A stretch of DNA of 64,000 bases from Candidatus Moranbacteria bacterium RIFOXYA12_FULL_35_19. GTDB taxonomy: Bacteria > Patescibacteriota > Minisyncoccia > Moranbacterales > UBA2206. The position numbers and the translations under genes were made by a program. The DNA lies in contig MFSE01000021.1 in the NCBI GenBank assembly GCA_001784805.1, positions 4,241-68,240 on the forward strand, given 5' to 3'. A model generated the notes under the pieces. The model saw only the letters and a list, made by a program, of their open reading frames with translations, was not told where the DNA came from and ran no database searches. Positions 1 through 10,769 of this stretch are shown here, one piece after another. Position 1 is the first letter of the stretch. Each line of letters begins with the position of its first letter.

Positions 1-3000
1 ATCAAACTTGCTGTGCCAGTTTCGCACATTTGGTTTTTGCGTGGAGTGCCTTCTAAAATTGGTTTGGCGCTAGGTATGGGGGTGCAAGATTTGGAAAAGA
101 TCGTTTATTTTTCCAGCTATATTGTTTTGAATGTGGATGAAAATGAAAGAGAAAAAACATTGATGCAACTTGATCAAGAATTTAAAAATAAACAAAAAGA
201 AATAGTGAAAAATTTCTCGGCTGATACCAAAGAAGGTTTGGAAAAGCAGGAAGAATTGAAAAATATTTACCGTTCTTCCAAAGAGGAATTGAAAAATTTA
301 CATAAACTACAAATAATTTCCGAAATAGATTATTTCAATTTGTCCACAAAATACGCGCAAGTTTTTTCTGCTTCAATTGGAGCAGAAGCGATTAGAAATA
401 TTCTTTGCGGGATGGATGTGAAACAAGAAATAGAAAAACTTAAAAAAAGTTTGCAAGAAGATGAAAATCAAGACAAAACGAAAATACTTAAAAGGATAAA
501 ACTTTTTCAAGGATTTTTGAAAGCCGGGATGCAATTGGAATGGATGCTTCCAACAATTATTCCGGTAATTCCACCGGACCTTCGTCCAATGGTGGCTTTG
601 GATGGTGGACGCTATGCGACAAGTGATCTAAATGATTTATATCGAAGAATCATCAACCGCAATAATCGTTTGAAAAAATTGATTGAAATTGGGGCGCCGG
701 AAGTGATCACGCGAAACGAAAAAAGAATGCTTCAAGAAGCAGTAGATGCTCTTTTTGACAATAGCGCTAGGCGTTCTCAAGTGAGCGTGGCAGCTTCGAC
801 CGGTCAAAGAAGACCTCTTCGATCTTTAGCGGATACTCTCAAAGGCAAGCAAGGACGATTCCGTCAGAATCTTTTGGGAAAACGAGTAGATTATTCCGGA
901 CGAAGCGTGATTGTGGTTGGTCCGACTTTGAAATTGCACCAATGTGGATTGCCGAAAAAAATGGCTTTGGAACTTTTCAAACCATTTATTATCAATAAAC
1001 TAATCGAAAGAGAATTGGCTTACAATGTTAGAAGCGCCGGAAAAATGGTGGAAGGAGAAATGGAAGAGGCCTATGATATACTAGACGAAATAATTTCTCA
1101 TCATTATGTGCTTTTGAATCGTGCTCCAACCTTGCATCGGCTTTCTATTCAAGCTTTTCAACCAATTTTGATTGAAGGAAAAGCCATCCAAATTCATCCG
1201 ATGGTTTGCAGTGCTTTCAACGCTGACTTCGATGGTGACCAGATGGCGGTGCATGTTCCTCTTACTGACAAAGCGCGCTGGGAATCAAAAAATTTGATGC
1301 TTTCTTCACAAAATCTTTTGAAGCCAGCCAGTGGAGAACCGATTACCACGCCGACTTTGGATATGGTTTTAGGTTGTTATTATATTACGCATATAGTTTC
1401 CGGTACTAAAGGCGAAGGGAAAATATTTTCCAATTTTGATGAAGCGATTTTAGCCAATGAACTTGGACAAGTGGATGTACGAGCCAAGATAAAGGTCAGA
1501 CATGAAAAAGAAATGCTAGAAACCTCGGTGGGAAGGATAAAATTAAATTTGATTATTCCTAAAGAAATTGGTTTTATCAATCAGGAAATGACCAAAAAAG
1601 AATTGAAACTTTTAGTGGCGAAAGTTTTGGAAGTTTGCGGGCGTGAAGCGGCGGCTATTTTTGTGGATAAGATAAAAGATTTAGGATTTAGCTCTGTTAC
1701 TAAATCAGGAATCAGTTGGGGAATGGATGATTTGGTGATTCCGGAAAATAAAAAAGAGATAATAAAAAAAGGCGAAGAAAAAGTGGAAATAATCAAAAAG
1801 CAATACAATATGGGGCTTTTGACTGAAGAGGAAAGAAAAAATAAAGTGATTGAAATTTGGAATGACGCTAAAAATCAAATTACCGATGCGGTTCGCGCTT
1901 CTATTGATAAGGAAGGTCCAGTTTATTCTATGGTTTATTCTAAAGCCAGAGGTTCTGAATCAGTGGTAGTGCAGATGGCGGGAATGAAGGGACTGATGGC
2001 GGGACCAACGGGAGAAACTATTGAACTGCCGGTTAAGAGTTGTTTCAAGGAAGGCTTGAATGTTTTGGAATATTTTATCTCTACTCACGGAGCGAGAAAA
2101 GGTATGGCGGACACGGCCCTTCGAACAGCTACAGCTGGATATCTAACTCGAAGACTAGTAGATGTGGCGCAAGATATTATCGTTCGAGAAGAAGATTGTA
2201 AAGATAAAATCGGAGCTTATCTTTTCCGAGAAGATTCAGACAGAATTGGTCAAGGTTTTGCCAGCCGAATAATTGGTCGAGTACTTACAGAAGATTTGCT
2301 CGATCCTAAGACGGGAGAAATTATTGCGGAAAAAGGCAATATGATAACCAAAGAGCAAGGAGAAAAAATTGATAAGTTGGCGATTGCTAAAGTAAAAATC
2401 AGAACGGTAGTCACTTGCAAAACTTCGCGAGGAGTTTGCCAAAAATGTTATGGCACTGATTTGGGACGAGGAAATTTGGTGGAAATCGGACAAGCAGTGG
2501 GAATTGTGGCAGCGCAAGCCATTGGTGAACCAGGAACACAGCTAACTATGCGTACTTTCCATATTGGAGGTATTGCTGGATCTGACATTACCCAAGGACT
2601 TCCTCGCGTGGAAGAAATTTTTGAAGCCAGACCACCTAAGGGTGAAGCGATTATTTCTGAAGTTAACGGTAAAGTGCTTTCTGTGGAAAAACTGGATAAA
2701 AATTTTGTGATTAAAATTGAAGCGCAGGATAAACAAAAAACTATCAAGGAATATCAAATACCTTCCGGCAGTACGCTCAAAATTTCCGAAGGAGAATTGG
2801 TGGGCAAAGGTTCTCAATTGTCTGAAGGACATATTGATCTCAAAAAACTTTACAAGACAATGGGCTGGGAAGAAGTGTACCGCTATATCATTCGCGAAAT
2901 TCAGGAAGTTTATGCGGCGCAGGGTGAAGGTATCAATGATAAACACATTGAAGTGATTGTCCGCCAAATGTTCAGCCGGATATTGATAATCAAAGAAGGC

Positions 3001-3288
3001 GATTCCGTTTTTTCTGTCGGAGATATAATTGAACAAGATGAATTTTCGGAAGCTAACGAAGAAATCAAAAAAACTGATGGAGAAAAAGCTATTGGCGATA
3101 AGATGCTTTTAGGCATTACTAAGGTAGCGCTTTCGACTGACAGTTTCCTTTCGGCTGCTTCTTTCCAAGAAACGGCTCGCGTTCTCATTAACGCTGCCTC
3201 GCAAGGCAAACAAGATAAACTCCGCGGTCTCAAAGAAAATGTGATCATCGGAAAATTGATTCCTGCCGGGACGGGATATAGAAAATAG
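1..3288 (+). CDS. rpoC: DNA-directed RNA polymerase subunit beta' (5'-truncated at window edge)
   Basis: NADFDGD catalytic motif and conserved beta' regions; frame is open from the window start. Confidence 0.95.
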   Translation: MKLAVPVSHIWFLRGVPSKIGLALGMGVQDLEKIVYFSSYIVLNVDENEREKTLMQLDQEFKNKQKEIVKNFSADTKEGLEKQEELKNIYRSSKEELKNLHKLQIISEIDYFNLSTKYAQVFSASIGAEAIRNILCGMDVKQEIEKLKKSLQEDENQDKTKILKRIKLFQGFLKAGMQLEWMLPTIIPVIPPDLRPMVALDGGRYATSDLNDLYRRIINRNNRLKKLIEIGAPEVITRNEKRMLQEAVDALFDNSARRSQVSVAASTGQRRPLRSLADTLKGKQGRFRQNLLGKRVDYSGRSVIVVGPTLKLHQCGLPKKMALELFKPFIINKLIERELAYNVRSAGKMVEGEMEEAYDILDEIISHHYVLLNRAPTLHRLSIQAFQPILIEGKAIQIHPMVCSAFNADFDGDQMAVHVPLTDKARWESKNLMLSSQNLLKPASGEPITTPTLDMVLGCYYITHIVSGTKGEGKIFSNFDEAILANELGQVDVRAKIKVRHEKEMLETSVGRIKLNLIIPKEIGFINQEMTKKELKLLVAKVLEVCGREAAAIFVDKIKDLGFSSVTKSGISWGMDDLVIPENKKEIIKKGEEKVEIIKKQYNMGLLTEEERKNKVIEIWNDAKNQITDAVRASIDKEGPVYSMVYSKARGSESVVVQMAGMKGLMAGPTGETIELPVKSCFKEGLNVLEYFISTHGARKGMADTALRTATAGYLTRRLVDVAQDIIVREEDCKDKIGAYLFREDSDRIGQGFASRIIGRVLTEDLLDPKTGEIIAEKGNMITKEQGEKIDKLAIAKVKIRTVVTCKTSRGVCQKCYGTDLGRGNLVEIGQAVGIVAAQAIGEPGTQLTMRTFHIGGIAGSDITQGLPRVEEIFEARPPKGEAIISEVNGKVLSVEKLDKNFVIKIEAQDKQKTIKEYQIPSGSTLKISEGELVGKGSQLSEGHIDLKKLYKTMGWEEVYRYIIREIQEVYAAQGEGINDKHIEVIVRQMFSRILIIKEGDSVFSVGDIIEQDEFSEANEEIKKTDGEKAIGDKMLLGITKVALSTDSFLSAASFQETARVLINAASQGKQDKLRGLKENVIIGKLIPAGTGYRK

Positions 3289-3334
3289 CTTTTAGGTTTT
3301 TAATTTAAAAACTCATAAAAAAGGAGAGTGACAG

Positions 3335-3523
3335 ATGACCGTTAAAAGTAACATAAAAGACGAAAAAGCGTGTACTCATTTAGAGGTTGTAAATGTTGAA
3401 TCGGGTAATATGCTTGAACCCTTTTCAGAAGAAACCTCTTTTCTCCTTGTAAATGCGCTAAGAGAGCATGACATTTTTAAGGCAAAATCTCTCAGCATTG
3501 CTGGAGGGAAAGTAATTCGTTAA
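3335..3523 (+). CDS. small hypothetical protein (62 aa)
   Basis: ORF with a strong AAGGAG Shine-Dalgarno 8 nt upstream; no recognisable family. Confidence 0.3.
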   Translation: MTVKSNIKDEKACTHLEVVNVESGNMLEPFSEETSFLLVNALREHDIFKAKSLSIAGGKVIR

Positions 3524-3531
3524 TTCCGTCC

Positions 3532-3562
3532 CCCAATAGCATAACCTCGTTATGCTATTGGG
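3532..3562 (+). terminator. stem-loop after the rpoC/small ORF (cccaatagcataac-ctc-gttatgctattggg)
   Basis: 14-bp perfect inverted repeat followed by an AT/T-rich tract. Confidence 0.45.
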
Positions 3563-3593
3563 ATAATTCTTTAAATTTTTTATCTTTGAATAC

Positions 3594-3626
3594 AAAAAAC
3601 GCCTTGGAAAATCTGGGGTGTTTTTT
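3594..3626 (+). terminator. intrinsic terminator-like hairpin; near-copy of the 7071-7104 terminator
   Basis: aaacgcc-ttggaaaatctg-gggtgtttttt; same loop sequence as the hairpin after the 5930-7063 gene. Confidence 0.4.
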
Positions 3627-3685
3627 GAAACTTTATAAAAATACAAAATATTGACAAACTTTATAAAGTTTAGTATAATAGCTTT

Positions 3686-4609
3686 ATGAATACTAAGGAT
3701 AAACTAAAAATAATCCAAGAGTTGTCAGGTCTCACTCAGACCAAAATGGCCGATAAAATAGGCGTTTCTTTTGTGGCGTTCAATAATTGGTGGACTGAAA
3801 AATCCCAGCCAAGAAAAAAACAGGAAACGGCTATTGATGCAATGTATCTTGAGTATACTGGGCAGAAAAAAATTCCCGAAACTGTTTTGTTGGCTAAAAA
3901 AGAATTAATTATTAAGGAATCAGCAAAGCATAAAAATATTTTGGGAACTATCTTGAAAAATCCAGACATTCGTGATCAATTTATGCTTTCTCTTACTTAT
4001 AATTCCAATAAAATAGAAGGATCAACACTATCAGAAGATGAAACTGCCGATATTATGTTTAATGATAGAGCTATACCGGACAAAAGCTTGGTGGAACAGC
4101 TTGAGGTTAAAAACCATCAAACAGCTTTAAAATATCTTTTCATTCAAATGAAAAATGTGAAAAAGATTGACGAAGATTTAGTTTTAAAATTACATAGTAT
4201 CTTGATGAACGGAATTAGAGACGATGCGGGAATTTATCGTCGTCATGGAGTGAGAATTGTCGGCTCGAATGTGCCAACGGCGAACTATCTCAAGATTCCA
4301 AAATTAATGGAAGAAATTTTTGTAGATATAAGCAAAAAACAAAAAGATATAATCAGTCATATTTCAAATATTCACGCTAGATTTGAACAGATTCACCCAT
4401 TCTCTGATGGCAACGGACGAATTGGAAGATTGATTTTATCAGTGATGCTTATAAAAAGCAATATTGCTCCGGCAGTGATAAAACAAGAAAACAAGCGTTT
4501 GTATTATACTTATCTTCGCACAGCGCAACTCAAAAATGATGTCACTCAGCTGGAAGATTTTATTTGTGATGCGGTGATGATTGGATTTAATATTGTAAAT
4601 CGGAAATAA
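3686..4609 (+). CDS. Fic family protein with N-terminal HTH (class II Fic, AMPylation motif intact)
   Basis: HPFSDGNGRIGR Fic motif; upstream SNKIEG matches the inhibitory (S/T)xxxE(G/N) helix; N-terminal XRE-like HTH. Confidence 0.85.
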   Translation: MNTKDKLKIIQELSGLTQTKMADKIGVSFVAFNNWWTEKSQPRKKQETAIDAMYLEYTGQKKIPETVLLAKKELIIKESAKHKNILGTILKNPDIRDQFMLSLTYNSNKIEGSTLSEDETADIMFNDRAIPDKSLVEQLEVKNHQTALKYLFIQMKNVKKIDEDLVLKLHSILMNGIRDDAGIYRRHGVRIVGSNVPTANYLKIPKLMEEIFVDISKKQKDIISHISNIHARFEQIHPFSDGNGRIGRLILSVMLIKSNIAPAVIKQENKRLYYTYLRTAQLKNDVTQLEDFICDAVMIGFNIVNRK

Positions 4610-4884
4610 TTTTTTGATTTTGACTTTAGTAAAAGCACTTACTCCTTCTTGGGCAAAGGAAGTGCTTTTTGAAATCGCTGAAAAATTCAAAAATGTGAAA
4701 TTGCTTAACACCGAAAACGAAACAGTGCAAGCAACACTGAAAACTTTGCGGGAATATTCGGATTTGAAGATATAAATTTTTTATAAAATAAAAAGCTCTC
4801 TGGGAAAGTCCAAATGCGTTTCTTGACTTTTGGATGTGATTGCATACAATTAAAACAGTTGACTAATTATTAAATCGCTAAATT

Positions 4885-5661
4885 ATGTCAGAATTAGGAT
4901 TTCCAGAATTTAAATTAGAGAATAAAAAAAATATTCAGGAAAAAGTACATCTTCGTGAAGATATTACGCCAATAGGCAAAGAAATAGCAGACTTTGCTAT
5001 TGAAAATGAAGAATTAGAAGATTTGCGAGAACAAAACGAAGGCGATGCTAATAATGTTGATTTTGAAAATGGGGATTTGGACGCACTGAAAGAAAAAGGT
5101 TTTAAGACCGCAGGTTACGGATCATATTTGATCTCACCTATTGACGAAAGAGACTGGTACTCTGATCGTTATTTAAATTGTACAGCAGTAGTAGCGATAG
5201 GTAGAGATAAAGACACAAATAAGGACATATCATTCTTAAGTCATCAAAATCCAGAATATTTTATTGATGGGAATAGTGATGAAGTGGAATTTTTTTCACG
5301 AGAATTAAGTAAATCTTTGGAAGAATTAAAAACATGCTCGCAAGGAGACACTGTCGAGGTTTTAATCTTAGGAGGAAATTTTAATCCTAGCGCTAAAGAA
5401 AAAGAAGGAGATTATCAGCATCGACACTATCAACAATCAATTGAGAAACTTAGTAAAATTATTCAAGAAACACTAGGATTTGATCCTAAAGTTTTAACAG
5501 GGCCAAATAATAATGTTGGGTCTGAAACGGTGATTCTTGTTGAAACGCAAAAAAGAAAGGTTTGGGTTGAAAGAAGTAAACAATTGCCTGAATTCAATCA
5601 ATCCTACCAGGCGAGTAAATTTAAGGAGGAAGAAGCAAGATGGTTAACGGCGGGAAAGTAG
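4885..5661 (+). CDS. hypothetical protein
   Basis: 258-aa ORF with no recognisable motifs. Confidence 0.4.
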   Translation: MSELGFPEFKLENKKNIQEKVHLREDITPIGKEIADFAIENEELEDLREQNEGDANNVDFENGDLDALKEKGFKTAGYGSYLISPIDERDWYSDRYLNCTAVVAIGRDKDTNKDISFLSHQNPEYFIDGNSDEVEFFSRELSKSLEELKTCSQGDTVEVLILGGNFNPSAKEKEGDYQHRHYQQSIEKLSKIIQETLGFDPKVLTGPNNNVGSETVILVETQKRKVWVERSKQLPEFNQSYQASKFKEEEARWLTAGK

Positions 5662-5695
5662 CTATTTTGAGTAAGGGTTTCGGATGAAGAATACT

Positions 5696-5929
5696 ATATT
5701 TTTCCTAAAGCTTCGCTTTAGGAAATTTAGATTCTATATTCTATGCTAAAAAATTGCACCGACAAATATCAAAATTCAGCTTAAAATTGAGAATGTAATC
5801 GCATAATTTATACTAATTTTATGAATTATTCATCCTAAAGCTTCGCTTTAGGAAATCTGGACGGCGCTTGACAAATATCAAAATTTGGTATAATATTAGG
5901 AATATAATCCTATAATTTATACTAATTTT
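5696..5929 (+). repeat. tandem ~110-bp duplication of a promoter/5' region, each copy starting with the palindrome CCTAAAGCTTCGCTTTAGG
   Basis: Copy 1 at 5700-5830, copy 2 at 5832-5929. Shared blocks are cctaaagcttcgctttaggaaat, gacaaatatcaaaatt and ataatttatactaattttatgaatta. Copy 2 carries TTGACA / TGgTATAAT. Confidence 0.7.
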
Positions 5930-7063
5930 ATGAATTACATCCCAAGATTAATAGAAAAACAAATAAAAGAGCGCTTATTCAAGGGTAAATTGATCATTAT
6001 ATATGGAGCTAGGCAAGTGGGAAAAACGACATTAGCTAAAAAAATATTAGCAGATTATGGCGAAGATGGCACATATTTTAATTGCGAACTGTTATCTGTT
6101 CAAAAAGGACTTTCAGAACCAGAAGCGGAAAAATTGAAAAAATTTCTGGGAAACTATAAAATTATTTTGTTGGATGAAGCGCAAAACATTCCTAATATTG
6201 GGAAAATCTTGAAAATCATAGTTGATACCTATCCCGAAATACAAATTATTGCCACCGGCTCGTCCAGTTTTGATTTGGCGCAAAAAATTTCCGAACCGAT
6301 GACAGGCAGAACTTTTACTTTCATACTTTATCCTATTTCGCTTCAAGAAATAAATCAACAAGAAAATTTGTTTTCTGTTGAAGCTAAGCTGGAAAATTTA
6401 TTGAGATTTGGTAGTTATCCGGAAATACTTTCTTTGGGAGAAAATGAATCAATAGAACGGCTTCAAGAAATTTCCTCTAAATACTTATATAAAGATGTAT
6501 TGAGCTTCGAAGGATTGAAAAAATCCAGTTTAGTAAGAAATTTATTGGAACTTTTGGCTCTTCAATTGGGCAATGAAGTTTCCTATAACGAGTTGGCGGT
6601 TAACTTGGGAGTTGATCGGCTCACAGTGCAAAAGTATATTGACATTTTGGAACAATCCTTTGTAATTTTCAAGCTTAGAGCTTTTTCGCGCAATTTAAGA
6701 AAAGAAATCACCAAATCAATCAAAGTATATTTTTATGATCTAGGAATTCGAAATAGTTTGATTGAAAATTATAATCCGCTAGATATCAGAAATGATGTCG
6801 GGGCACTTTGGGAAAACTTTTGCATTTTGGAAAGAAAGAAAAATAATGACGCAGAGTTTAACTTTGTAAATTCATATTTTTGGCGAACTTATGATCAAAA
6901 AGAAATTGACTATATTGAAGAAAGCGGAGGAAAAATTCGCGGTTTTGAATTTAAATGGAATGAAAAAAAGAATTTCAAGGCGCCAAAAGAGTTTATTGAA
7001 AAATATGACGCTACGGTGGAAAAAATTGATAGAAGTAATTATTGGAAATTTTTGGGTCTGTAA
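5930..7063 (+). CDS. AAA+ ATPase with C-terminal DUF4143-like domain
   Basis: Walker A GARQVGKTT, Walker B ILLDEAQ; architecture typical of the AAA_14/DUF4143 family. Confidence 0.75.
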   Translation: MNYIPRLIEKQIKERLFKGKLIIIYGARQVGKTTLAKKILADYGEDGTYFNCELLSVQKGLSEPEAEKLKKFLGNYKIILLDEAQNIPNIGKILKIIVDTYPEIQIIATGSSSFDLAQKISEPMTGRTFTFILYPISLQEINQQENLFSVEAKLENLLRFGSYPEILSLGENESIERLQEISSKYLYKDVLSFEGLKKSSLVRNLLELLALQLGNEVSYNELAVNLGVDRLTVQKYIDILEQSFVIFKLRAFSRNLRKEITKSIKVYFYDLGIRNSLIENYNPLDIRNDVGALWENFCILERKKNNDAEFNFVNSYFWRTYDQKEIDYIEESGGKIRGFEFKWNEKKNFKAPKEFIEKYDATVEKIDRSNYWKFLGL

Positions 7064-7070
7064 ACGCAAG

Positions 7071-7104
7071 AAAACGCCTTGGGAAATCTGAGGCGTTTTT
7101 TGAT
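7071..7104 (+). terminator. intrinsic terminator (aaaacgcct-tgggaaatctg-aggcgttttttg)
   Basis: 9-bp stem plus U-tract; sequence-related to the hairpin at 3594-3626. Confidence 0.6.
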
Positions 7105-7133
7105 TTTCAGATTTTGTGCTAGAATAGATTTAT

Positions 7134-9521
7134 ATGGGAAGACATAAGAAAAATAAAAATATCGAAGAGGATAATTCAGAAGAAAGTGCTAAAGAGAAAA
7201 AGCCAAGGATTAATCTCAAGGGGGACGCTAAAAGAAGCGCTTTGGCGGTGGTTCTTTTTGCTTTGGCAGTGCTTTCCGTTTTGGGGTTTTTTGGTTGGGC
7301 GGGATCTTTTGGAGGATTTTTGAATCGAATGGTTGGCTATTCTATCGGCTATGTGAAATTTATTTTTCCGCTTTCACTAATAATTGCCGGAATAGTACTT
7401 CTCCTTCGTCGGGAAACAGCTTTTTATGTGACAAAATTTATCGGTTTAGCAATGTCTCTTTTGAGTATCGCGGGAATTTTTCATTGGTTTTATAAAACTG
7501 AAGAAATGTTAAAAGTAGCCAGCCAAGGTCAAGGTGGAGGATATCTTGGTTACACAATGAGTTATTTTTTAGGAAAATATTTAGGCGAAGCTGGAAGTTT
7601 GGTAGTGCTTTTGGCTATTTTTCTGTTGGGAATAATTTTGACTTTCAATTTTTCTATCGTGCATTTCTTTTTGAAATTTAGAAAACAGAAAGACACAGAA
7701 GAAATGCAGAATAACACAGAAATAGAAACTCAAAATAATGCAGAAATAAAACAAAACGAAGCAGAAGTCTTGCCGGAAATTAAGGATGAAAAAATTTCGC
7801 AAGAAGCGGAAATTGAAAAAAATATTGGCAAGATTGAATTTGTGGAAGGACGCGATCAATTTGTTTCTCCACTTTTGGCGGAGCAGGAATTGATAACGCC
7901 AGAAATCACTCCAAAAAAAATAATGGAAAGGCGTTCTTTAGATATGGATTTTCCTGCCAAAGAATTTAAATTTCCGAAAAAATCAGGCAAGTCAAAATGG
8001 ACTTATCCAACAGCTGATATGCTGGAAAAAACTTTTGGCGCTGCTCAAGGAGGTGATATTGAAAATAATTTTGCGATTATTGAAAAAACTCTCCACGATT
8101 TTGGCATTCAAGTCGAGAGAGGTACGGTCAAGATAGGACCATCAGTGACGCAATATAGTTTTCGTCCGGCAGTGGGAGTAAAAATTGCTAAAATTTTAGC
8201 GCTTCAAAATGATTTGTCGTTGGCGCTAGCGGCTCATCCAATTAGAATTGAAGCGCCGATTCCAGGGCAATCTCTGATTGGGATTGAAATTCCTAACAAG
8301 ACGGCGTTGGTGGTTCGATTGCGGGAAATGATTGAGGAATCGCAATTTAGAAAAAGAACTTCAAGTTTACTTTTAGCGCTAGGTGAAGATGTGGGAGGTA
8401 ATTGCATCTTTGGTGATCTGTCCAAGATGCCACACCTAATGATTGCTGGAGCAACGGGAACAGGAAAATCAGTTTGTATAAATTCAATCATCACTACACT
8501 GCTCTATCAAAATTCTCCGGAGGATTTGAAATTTATTATGGTTGATCCAAAAAGAGTGGAACTTTCGCTGTATAACGGAATAGCGCATTTACTTACGGAT
8601 GTGATTGTAGAAAACAGCAAAGTGATTAACACTTTGAAATGGGCGGTGGGAGAAATGGAAAGAAGGTATCGATTATTGCAAGATGCTGGATCAAGAGATA
8701 TAAATTCATATCGGGAAAAACTTCATTCAGGTTATAAAATAAAACGGACTGATCCAGAAACTAAGGAGACTTTTGAAGAAGATTTGAAAAATTTACCCTA
8801 CATTGTGATTGTGATTGATGAATTGGCAGATCTGATGGGTAGTCACGGCAAAGAAGTGGAAGGGGCGATTGTTCGAATTGCCCAGATGGCGCGAGCAGTG
8901 GGAATTCATCTGATTGTTTCGACTCAACGCCCTTCAGTAGAAGTGATCACAGGACTCATTAAAGCTAATATTACTACCCGAATTGCTTTTCAAGTAGCCA
9001 CGCAAATTGATTCTCGAACAATTTTAGATATGGGTGGAGCGGAAAAACTTTTGGGTAATGGCGATATGCTTTATTTGAGCGCCAGCTCTCCTAAGCCAAA
9101 AAGAATTCAAGGAGTTTTCATTAGTGAATCGGAAGTGAAAAGAGTAGTGAGTTTTATAAAAGATAAAAACAAAGAGGATAAAAAAGAAGATGAGGAAGAA
9201 ATAAAAATAACAGAAAATTTTCAAAAAGAAATTACAGAATTCAAGGCGGAGGAAGAAAATGGAGAGGATAGCGAATTATTGGTGAAAGTCGAAGAAGAAA
9301 TTAAAAAAAGCAAGAAAGCCAGTGCTTCATTTTTGCAAAGAAGATTTCGAATCGGCTATGCACGCGCTGCTAGAATCCTAGATATTTTGGAAGAAAAAGG
9401 CGTGATTGGACCATCAGATGGGGCTAAGCCAAGAGAAATTTATGGCGTCGAGGAACAAGAAAATATAAACTACGAAGACAAAATCGAAGATCAGGAGAAA
9501 AGGGATAAGTGGGAGATATAA
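7134..9521 (+). CDS. ftsK: DNA translocase FtsK/SpoIIIE
   Basis: N-terminal TM segments, low-complexity linker, motor domain with Walker A GATGTGKS, C-terminal gamma winged helix. Confidence 0.9.
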   Translation: MGRHKKNKNIEEDNSEESAKEKKPRINLKGDAKRSALAVVLFALAVLSVLGFFGWAGSFGGFLNRMVGYSIGYVKFIFPLSLIIAGIVLLLRRETAFYVTKFIGLAMSLLSIAGIFHWFYKTEEMLKVASQGQGGGYLGYTMSYFLGKYLGEAGSLVVLLAIFLLGIILTFNFSIVHFFLKFRKQKDTEEMQNNTEIETQNNAEIKQNEAEVLPEIKDEKISQEAEIEKNIGKIEFVEGRDQFVSPLLAEQELITPEITPKKIMERRSLDMDFPAKEFKFPKKSGKSKWTYPTADMLEKTFGAAQGGDIENNFAIIEKTLHDFGIQVERGTVKIGPSVTQYSFRPAVGVKIAKILALQNDLSLALAAHPIRIEAPIPGQSLIGIEIPNKTALVVRLREMIEESQFRKRTSSLLLALGEDVGGNCIFGDLSKMPHLMIAGATGTGKSVCINSIITTLLYQNSPEDLKFIMVDPKRVELSLYNGIAHLLTDVIVENSKVINTLKWAVGEMERRYRLLQDAGSRDINSYREKLHSGYKIKRTDPETKETFEEDLKNLPYIVIVIDELADLMGSHGKEVEGAIVRIAQMARAVGIHLIVSTQRPSVEVITGLIKANITTRIAFQVATQIDSRTILDMGGAEKLLGNGDMLYLSASSPKPKRIQGVFISESEVKRVVSFIKDKNKEDKKEDEEEIKITENFQKEITEFKAEEENGEDSELLVKVEEEIKKSKKASASFLQRRFRIGYARAARILDILEEKGVIGPSDGAKPREIYGVEEQENINYEDKIEDQEKRDKWEI

Positions 9522-9522
9522 T

Positions 9523-9629
9523 TTTACGAACTACGAAAATAATACGAAATACGAAAATACGAAAATAAAATAAAATACGGAAAATGTGTATAAATTTTTT
9601 CGTATTTCGCTTATTTCGTAGTTCGTAAA
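9523..9629. repeat. TACGAAA-family intergenic hairpin element
   Basis: Arm acgaactacgaaaataatacgaaatacgaaaatacgaaa; loop; arm tttcgtatttcgcttatttcgtagttcgtaa. Confidence 0.8.
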
Positions 9630-9635
9630 TGCCTT

Positions 9636-10646
9636 ATGAATGGCTTTACTAAAAAAACTGTTCAAACTTTGACACTGGGGGAAAAATTGAAAAAACTTAG
9701 AAGCGACAAAAGAGTTTCCCTTAGTGAAGTTTCTCGGCTGACAAAAATTCAGCCGGCTTATTTGGAATATTTAGAAGAAGGATGTTGGGAAAAATTGCCG
9801 GCCGATGTTTATGTAAAAGGATTTTTGCGAAGCTACGGCGAATTTTTAGGAGTGGATGAAAATATTCTCATCCGGCTTTATGAAAGAGAAAAAGAAATCA
9901 AAGAAAATTTAAATAAAAATAAAAAAAATAATACTGAAAAAAGAAAGCCGATAAATATTTCACCTTTTATTTTTACGCCTAAAAAAATAGCCATTTTAGT
10001 AATTTCCGCGTTGGTTGTTTTAAGTTTATCTTTGCTCTATCGGGAAATAAATTCTTTTGCCAGTGCGCCAAGTTTGATTATCTTTAATCCTCAAGACAAC
10101 AGTCAGATTGCAGGAGATTCGGTTTATATTGAAGGCATAACAGATCGAGAGGCGCTTCTTTTTGTAAATGGCCAGCCGGTTTTAGTGGGGGACGACGGTC
10201 GATTCAAGGAAAATTTGACTTTACAATCCGGACTCAATATTATAAATGTGAGAGCGATAAATAAATTTGACAAAGAAACAGTTGAAAATTTGAATGTTAA
10301 TTCCAATTATGAAAAAAAAGAAGAGAATCAAAAACAGGAAGCAGATGAAAATGAAAATATTTCTAATTTAGATAATAAAAAAGAAATTCAAATAGAAATC
10401 AAAGTTGAACCTGGACCAGTTTGGATAAGCGCAGAGGCGGATGGCAAGTTGGTTTTTAGCGGAACGATGTTAAGTGGCGCAGTGCAAATTTTCAAAGCGC
10501 AGGAAAAAATAATGCTAAGTTCGGGGAATGGAAAATCAACTTTCATTATTCTCAACGGGCAAGATTTGGGAGCACTTAGTCCAAATTCAGGGGCGGTTAA
10601 GGAAGTGATTTTTACGCCAGAAACTGAGCACTTGCCAGAATTGTAA
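9636..10646 (+). CDS. rodZ: RodZ-like cytoskeleton protein (HTH + TM + DUF4115-like C-terminus)
   Basis: N-terminal HTH LGEKLKKLRSDKRVSLSEVSRLTKIQPAYLEYLE, central TM, C-terminal beta-rich domain. Confidence 0.7.
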   Translation: MNGFTKKTVQTLTLGEKLKKLRSDKRVSLSEVSRLTKIQPAYLEYLEEGCWEKLPADVYVKGFLRSYGEFLGVDENILIRLYEREKEIKENLNKNKKNNTEKRKPINISPFIFTPKKIAILVISALVVLSLSLLYREINSFASAPSLIIFNPQDNSQIAGDSVYIEGITDREALLFVNGQPVLVGDDGRFKENLTLQSGLNIINVRAINKFDKETVENLNVNSNYEKKEENQKQEADENENISNLDNKKEIQIEIKVEPGPVWISAEADGKLVFSGTMLSGAVQIFKAQEKIMLSSGNGKSTFIILNGQDLGALSPNSGAVKEVIFTPETEHLPEL

Positions 10647-10670
10647 TGGAGTGATACAATATCAGTGAGG

Positions 10671-10737
10671 TTTTACGAAATACGAAATAAGCTAAATACT
10701 AAAAATTTTTCGTATTTCGTTTATTTCGTATTTAGTA
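10671..10737. repeat. TACGAAA-family intergenic hairpin element
   Basis: ttttacgaaatacgaaataagc ... tttcgtatttcgtttatttcgta. Confidence 0.75.
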
Positions 10738-10769
10738 AAGAATAAAAAATAATAATTAAACAAAAGTCT

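Noticed and set aside
1380-3248. Multiple short minus-strand ORFs inside rpoC
   Set aside because: They lie antisense within a highly conserved gene and are low-complexity, which makes them typical spurious ORFs.
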